A stretch of 64,000 nucleotides of DNA, taken from positions 280,047 to 344,046 of the forward strand of contig CAVROQ010000012.1 of assembly GCA_963722805.1 (NCBI GenBank), given 5' to 3'. Shown here one piece after another: positions 59,183-64,000 of the stretch. Position numbers and translations under genes: made by a program. The DNA is from an uncultured Gammaproteobacteria bacterium (GTDB lineage: Bacteria; Pseudomonadota; Gammaproteobacteria; Pseudomonadales; JAHEGP01). The notes beneath the pieces were generated by a model. That model saw only the letters and a program-made list of their open reading frames with translations. It was not told the DNA's origin and did not search any database. How positions within the stretch are numbered: position 1 is the stretch's first letter; every line of letters begins with the position of its first letter.

Positions 59183-59896
59183 TTATCGAAGCCGCTGCCA
59201 GAGGACCTGTGCAATAGCCGTCGCAGCGGCCTTGCCCCATATCGCATACGCTGCCGGGCCGGGATGAAAACCATCGCTTGCCATTGCAGACAGTTCGAAG
59301 GGAAAGTCGAAAGGCAGAAATACACTATTGTATTCAGCGGCCACCTGGCAACCCGCGGCGCTGAACGCCGCGGCACGGGCACCCAGAAACCCACGTAGAG
59401 GCTGGGGCAGAACCGGAAAGTGTTGCATCGGTGGCAAGCCCGACATCACAATCTGCGGCCCCGCAAATCGCTGCTGCAATGCTGTCAGCAACTGGCGCTG
59501 CTCGCGCCTGAACCGGCGCTTGCTGCGCATGGCTGTCACATCGTTCACACCCAGTGCCGTCACCACCACATCGAAGGGCTGCGATGGAATGGTATCCAGC
59601 CAGGACACCGCATCAGCAGTGGTGGCACCGGTCCTGGCCAGCAGGCGATAATCAACGCTGTAATCTTTGCCCAGATGACTCAACAATTGGCCCAGCAGGG
59701 CCTCGGACTGATGGCCGGCGCCCACGCCGGCAGCCGAGGAGTCGCCGAGCAGCAACAGCCGCAGTGGCGGACCTGAACCGTAGGTGCCCGTTCGACGGCC
59801 GACAGGTTCCGGCAATAGCGGTGTACTCGAACGCACAGACCGGCCCTGAGCAAACAAGATCGGGCCGAGTAGGGCAGTGGCAAGTAACTCTCTCAA
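59183..59896 (-). CDS. SGNH/GDSL hydrolase
   Basis: Block I LLLLGDSSAAGVG, block III GVNDV and block V DGFHP. Confidence 0.75.
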   Translation of the reverse strand: MRELLATALLGPILFAQGRSVRSSTPLLPEPVGRRTGTYGSGPPLRLLLLGDSSAAGVGAGHQSEALLGQLLSHLGKDYSVDYRLLARTGATTADAVSWLDTIPSQPFDVVVTALGVNDVTAMRSKRRFRREQRQLLTALQQRFAGPQIVMSGLPPMQHFPVLPQPLRGFLGARAAAFSAAGCQVAAEYNSVFLPFDFPFELSAMASDGFHPGPAAYAIWGKAAATAIAQVLWQRLR

Positions 59897-60164
59897 GCGT
59901 AGATCCTTGATCGCATGGAATTGAGAAGAATGATGGATTGTAGCGATTCAGCACCAAGCAGAACATAGGAAATTGCAGCCAATCTGCTAGTAATCGGCCC
60001 GGCGAAAATCATTTTATTGGTCCTGCTCAACGCTTTTGTCGTATCCAGAACAGGCCACTCTGTTGACTCTCTAACGCGGTACTTTTATGTTGCCGAAGGG
60101 CACTGGGTGCGCTGCAACGACAGCCAACACAATCTAAAAAATACAGTGATGATGGAGTATTGCT

Positions 60165-61412
60165 ATGGCAAGCGGCCAGCGGATTACAGAATGCATTGAG
60201 GAATTAAAGGCTTTAGATGACAAGGGCGATTACCTCGGTGTCATTGTCGGCATGAAAAATCTGATCGCTGAAGACAGTCGCGTGTTCACCAACGACTATG
60301 TCAAACAATGGTGCGGACGCCGCTGGCGCAAGCTGTTTTTGCAGGAGGCAGTCAAGGATAGTGCGGCCCTTAAGGAAGCCAAAAAGTTTCTCGGCGGCGA
60401 CAAGCGCCCCCCGGCGCAGAAGATTTCCGAGCGCTTTCTGAAAAACGATCACCCCGGTGAGTGGCAGGTCGACATGCCCGAGGCGCAGATCAGCAAGCTG
60501 GAAAACACCACCCTGGTGTTCTGCCCGGGCCTACTCAACGGCTTGCTACCGGAGCGCGCATTCTACCATGAATTACCCACAATCGAGCAGGAGTACGATG
60601 CAATGGGCTGGCGCATTATGCGGGCCGATGCGCACCCGATGCGAGGCTGTGACGCCAACAATGCGGATCTGTTGAGCGCCGTCAACGAGGGCAGGGGGTT
60701 TGAAGCGGACCCCGGGCGGGGTACCAAAGAAAATAAACGCAACGGCCCGCCCCCCAAAGATGTTGTCCTGATGGGCTATAGCAAGGGAGCGCCGGACATA
60801 TTGTCCCTGCTGGTGAATCACCCGGAGCTTAAAGATCGCGTGCGCTGTGTCTTCACCTGGGCTGGGGCTGTTGGCGGCTCTTACATGGCAGACAGTCTTT
60901 ACGAATTGTTTAAAGACCTACCCACCGAGGCTGTGATCGAGCGCCTGCATGATTTTCTGGCACTGGTGTCTGCCGGCTCGGTGCAAAAGGGATCGCTGCG
61001 GCGTCTCGATGAATATGACATCAAAGACGCCCTGCGAGAACTCAGCACGCATACCCGTTCTGCTTTTAATAAGCAGCATAAAGAAATGCTGGATGCCATG
61101 AATATCCCGTTCTTTACTATCACCGCTGCGACGACGCTGCTTGAGGTGCCGACCTTCCAAATGGCCGACTACCTGAACCTGAGCAAATATGATGGCAATA
61201 ACGATATGCAGCTGACACAGAACCAGGCCAAGCTCGATCTACCCATGGCCACCCATATTGCCATGCTGCATGGACACCACTGGGATATCTCCTATCCGCC
61301 GTATCCCCGGGCCGTGCGTATGACCTCTCCCAACCTGGACCACCCGTTCCCACGCAAGGCGGCAGCGGTGGCCATATTCAAGTTCGCCGCAGAACTGGGC
61401 TTGATGGACTAG
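60165..61412 (+). CDS. Hypothetical protein with alpha/beta-hydrolase-like nucleophile elbow
   Basis: Intact 415-aa ORF with VVLMGYSKGAPD (GxSxG). I recognise no other family signature. Confidence 0.4.
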   Translation: MASGQRITECIEELKALDDKGDYLGVIVGMKNLIAEDSRVFTNDYVKQWCGRRWRKLFLQEAVKDSAALKEAKKFLGGDKRPPAQKISERFLKNDHPGEWQVDMPEAQISKLENTTLVFCPGLLNGLLPERAFYHELPTIEQEYDAMGWRIMRADAHPMRGCDANNADLLSAVNEGRGFEADPGRGTKENKRNGPPPKDVVLMGYSKGAPDILSLLVNHPELKDRVRCVFTWAGAVGGSYMADSLYELFKDLPTEAVIERLHDFLALVSAGSVQKGSLRRLDEYDIKDALRELSTHTRSAFNKQHKEMLDAMNIPFFTITAATTLLEVPTFQMADYLNLSKYDGNNDMQLTQNQAKLDLPMATHIAMLHGHHWDISYPPYPRAVRMTSPNLDHPFPRKAAAVAIFKFAAELGLMD

Positions 61413-61474
61413 CGCGGCCCGTCGGGCGGGAAAGGGGGGGATTGGATTTCATCAAATCCGGCGCCCGAAATCGA

Positions 61475-62116
61475 TCAGAAGCGGTAATATATCTCAAGCA
61501 TGTGATTGTCGACGCCCACCGTGTTTGAGCCGTTAATGCCGGCATCGGAATAGTGCAGAAAGCGGTAACCCACTCCCCATTGCTTGTAGATCGGCACTGC
61601 GACGCCGACGGTGAGGGCAAACTGAAAAGGTCCACCGAAATCCTGGGTTCCGAAGCGCGACTTGCTGAGCAGTGCTGCCCCCGCACCGATATCAATCAGA
61701 AAACGCTCGTCTGCACTGCCGATAGTCAATTCAGGTATAAACGATACGACAGCCCCATCCTCGCCGCCACCCCGAAGAATTCCTGCACTGCCCATCAATC
61801 GCGAGCCCAAGCGCCAACCAGATACGAAATCGTACTGCCACGGCAAGCTGACATTGACGGCAAGGTCGTACTCTTCAAACTCCTCTGGCTGGGGGGCGCC
61901 GAGCGTTGTCGCGCTGGATAAATTCGCGCGTAAACTGAGGCTTTGCAGACCTATCTCCCCGGAGTGATTCACCCCGGGCGCAAGCAGGCAACTCAGTAGT
62001 GCTGGCCGCAACGCGAGGTCACGGCACTTCGCTGCGAACTTTTCGGGGTAACTCAAGGGTGTGAAACTGCTGGAAAGCTTGTCTGTGAAGTCGGGCTGGA
62101 TATGAAGGTATTTCAA
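61475..62116 (-). CDS. Acyloxyacyl hydrolase / PagL-like lipid A deacylase outer-membrane protein
   Basis: Small beta-barrel-like sequence ending YYRF, with the His-x-Ser motif in FLHYSDAGI. Confidence 0.55.
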   Translation of the reverse strand: MKYLHIQPDFTDKLSSSFTPLSYPEKFAAKCRDLALRPALLSCLLAPGVNHSGEIGLQSLSLRANLSSATTLGAPQPEEFEEYDLAVNVSLPWQYDFVSGWRLGSRLMGSAGILRGGGEDGAVVSFIPELTIGSADERFLIDIGAGAALLSKSRFGTQDFGGPFQFALTVGVAVPIYKQWGVGYRFLHYSDAGINGSNTVGVDNHMLEIYYRF

Positions 62117-62164
62117 TGGCTGAGGCCTAATTGAGTGTCATTCGAGGTTGACCCCATTTTTTAT

Positions 62165-62680
62165 TCAATCTTTGGGGATACTGATCGCTGAAGCAACAAT
62201 CGAATACTCAAACTTCTCAGGTGATGCTGCCGCTTTTTCACCGAGGTCAGCACTATAGTGCTCCGCATCTTTTTTGCTCACAGCCTTGCGGGAAAACGTA
62301 CCCAGAAGCACAACATCTTTACCACCGGAATCCGTGGGTATGAAAAAACTGTAGTCCTTGAATGTCACCCGTACGGTTGATGCGCCTTCCTGGGCAACGA
62401 AAAAACAGCCTTTCTTCTTACATACCTTGGCGATGCGTGTTTCAACCAGTACTTCCTGACCCAGGTATTTGTCCTTGTTGCCCATCAGGTCACCGAGACT
62501 CAACGTTGTTCCGCTTTCCGGTAGTGCACTGCCAAAGACCTTGTGAGTTGCAGTTACCTCTACGGGCTCCGACAATTGCTTCACCGCGTTATCAGCTGCA
62601 AGAGTTCCCGGTGCAATGCCGATCACTACCAACGTGAGCAGCGTGGGAAAAATGCGTTGCTTGAAGTGCGAAGTTTTCAT
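62165..62680 (-). CDS. DUF4920-like secreted protein
   Basis: Signal peptide after ATG 62680 (AGGAGG upstream). CKKKGCFF motif. Confidence 0.55.
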   Translation of the reverse strand: MKTSHFKQRIFPTLLTLVVIGIAPGTLAADNAVKQLSEPVEVTATHKVFGSALPESGTTLSLGDLMGNKDKYLGQEVLVETRIAKVCKKKGCFFVAQEGASTVRVTFKDYSFFIPTDSGGKDVVLLGTFSRKAVSKKDAEHYSADLGEKAAASPEKFEYSIVASAISIPKD

Positions 62681-62913
62681 ACCAAATGCCTCCTGTTTGA
62701 ACGCGTATTGTAATACACGAAACCACTGGGAATCTTGACTGACGATGCAGGGTGATCGTTCCCGACGGTCCATTGCCATTTGTTCAAAATAGAATCCGCA
62801 CAAGCGCACTGTGCAGCAGATCTTCTATTTAACATAATATACATTATGCGCAATTGTAATTATATGGGGGCGCAGTGCATATCCGGGCTGACTTACGATC
62901 CGCCAAGCCCTGG

Positions 62914-63837
62914 TCAAGGCTTCCTGGCAATCAAGGTTATGGTGTTATCGACAGTGGCATCCTCAATAACATTACCTTTCAAATCCAATGCCAGCGCCTG
63001 TGCTTGAAATCCTGCCGAGTCGAGTTGCTTGCGCTGGTTCGCCAACGAGATGTAATAGATCATGGTGGAATAATCATGATAAACATCATTGATAATTGAA
63101 AACGCTGCTGTGCGAATGCCTCGCCTCTTGTATTTTTTTCTATTCGCCAGGCGACGGGCCGTGCTGCGGCTAAAACGAGCTCCGCGGACCAACAGGCGAG
63201 CAGGATTCAAAGAGGCATGAAAATCAGGAAATTGAAAGCCGCGAGTATGAAAATCAGATTGCTGGTTCATAGTGGAGAACAAAAAAATCCCCCCTGGCCT
63301 TAATACCCTTAGCACCTCTGCCAGTATCGCCAATCTGCCCTGGTGATCAACCATACAGATCCCTTCGCAGGAGAACACAACCATGGCAAAGGAATTATCA
63401 TCAAATTGAGACAGATCACGAGCATCGCCATGTCGAAAGTCCACATTCGGGAAAAAGCTGCGACAGACAACGACCATCGCTTCTGCGTAATCCAGGCCGA
63501 TGTAATCCTTGCTGATTGCCATCAACGGTTCAACAGTTCGGCCTCCACCAACCCCAAGGTCCAGAATGGGTTGATCTCTCACTTCCCCTGCGACCTTTTT
63601 TAGCGCTTGCGCCTCCGCGTCTTTCAAGCCCCTGGCCAAGGCATAACAAGAATGCGCTGCAGCATTCATGGTCGGCTTATTCACCACATCCATGGCGTTG
63701 TCTGCATAAGGATTTTTATTCAAGCCCGAATCAAGCCCGGAGGTAGCTGATCCCGGTTTAGTATCTTGCGCAAACGGGCGGGCAACAGGTTTCAGCTCAA
63801 GTTGAGGGTTTTCACTCAAGTCGATGTTTTGGCTCAT
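62914..63837 (-). CDS. Class I SAM-dependent methyltransferase
   Basis: Motif I ILDLGVGGGR and motif post-II/III FAMVVFSCEG...LRPGGIFLFS. Confidence 0.75.
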   Translation of the reverse strand: MSQNIDLSENPQLELKPVARPFAQDTKPGSATSGLDSGLNKNPYADNAMDVVNKPTMNAAAHSCYALARGLKDAEAQALKKVAGEVRDQPILDLGVGGGRTVEPLMAISKDYIGLDYAEAMVVVCRSFFPNVDFRHGDARDLSQFDDNSFAMVVFSCEGICMVDHQGRLAILAEVLRVLRPGGIFLFSTMNQQSDFHTRGFQFPDFHASLNPARLLVRGARFSRSTARRLANRKKYKRRGIRTAAFSIINDVYHDYSTMIYYISLANQRKQLDSAGFQAQALALDLKGNVIEDATVDNTITLIARKP

Positions 63838-64000
63838 TTTCTAGTCTCTGGAGGCTTATTGAAAAAGGCGTCTCGGCCCTTGCGGTGTGTGCAGGATAGA
63901 ACGTACAAACGTTGAAATCTAGGGCAATCGTACTGACGACAGCGTGCTGGCGGATGTGGCCGCAGACGTCGGGTTGGACCGCAGCGGTGCTCTGGCCGAT

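Noticed and set aside
63900-64000. Coding-like sequence at the window edge (plus frame ...TDDSVLADVAADVGLDRSGALAD, or a minus frame ending at 63921)
   Set aside because: It is too short, and the strand and frame are ambiguous. An in-frame stop lies just upstream on the plus strand, so it cannot be assigned.

Overview
64-kb chromosomal segment of a GC-rich Gram-negative bacterium. Lipoboxes, a Tat signal, outer-membrane barrels ending in Phe and a PagL-like gene support the Gram-negative call. The gene content (wax-ester synthase, P450, acyl-CoA enzymes) suggests a marine or lipid-degrading gammaproteobacterium, but the taxon is inference only. I support about 55 protein genes. I recognised no rRNA, tRNA, CRISPR array, transposase or integrase.

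Ordinary content:
- lutABC, an acyl-CoA dehydrogenase, malate synthase G, two AMP-dependent ligases (one frameshifted) and a P450.
- MscS and a 2TM/RCK potassium channel.
- folE, photolyase, a PLD-type lipoprotein and frmA/fghA formaldehyde detoxification.
- An ArsM-like methyltransferase, SDRs and other housekeeping genes.

Most notable features:
1. 42.2-51.8 kb holds a translationally coupled minus-strand module. It encodes a His-rich membrane protein, a 21-haem c7-type polymer cytochrome, a roughly 20-haem cytochrome and a SPOR/TPR-fused outer-membrane barrel. The roughly 20-haem gene contains five near-identical 138-bp tandem repeats. A membrane-anchored FeS-flavoprotein gene, coupled to a periplasmic Sel1/ankyrin protein gene, is transcribed divergently. 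I read this as a candidate trans-envelope electron conduit with a non-Mtr architecture.
2. A 135-bp copy of the acyl-CoA dehydrogenase 3' end (10797-10931) repeats 4825-4959 with only synonymous differences. The two copies bracket a 5.8-kb mosaic. The mosaic holds a MITE-like element, a decayed Memo-like gene, an AT-rich LtaS-like plus GT-C envelope-modification cassette, and a UDP-glucuronate-decarboxylase fragment.
3. A three-gene operon encodes a lipoprotein, a haem-c (DUF3365-type) sensor that ends after its HAMP domain, and a soluble Hanks kinase with a duplicated C-terminal module.
4. A Tat-exported thiamine-diphosphate enzyme gene sits next to a monohaem cytochrome c gene.
5. A wax-ester synthase carries a Lys/Ala-rich histone-like tail.

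All family assignments rest on motif-level reading of the translations. No database search was run.
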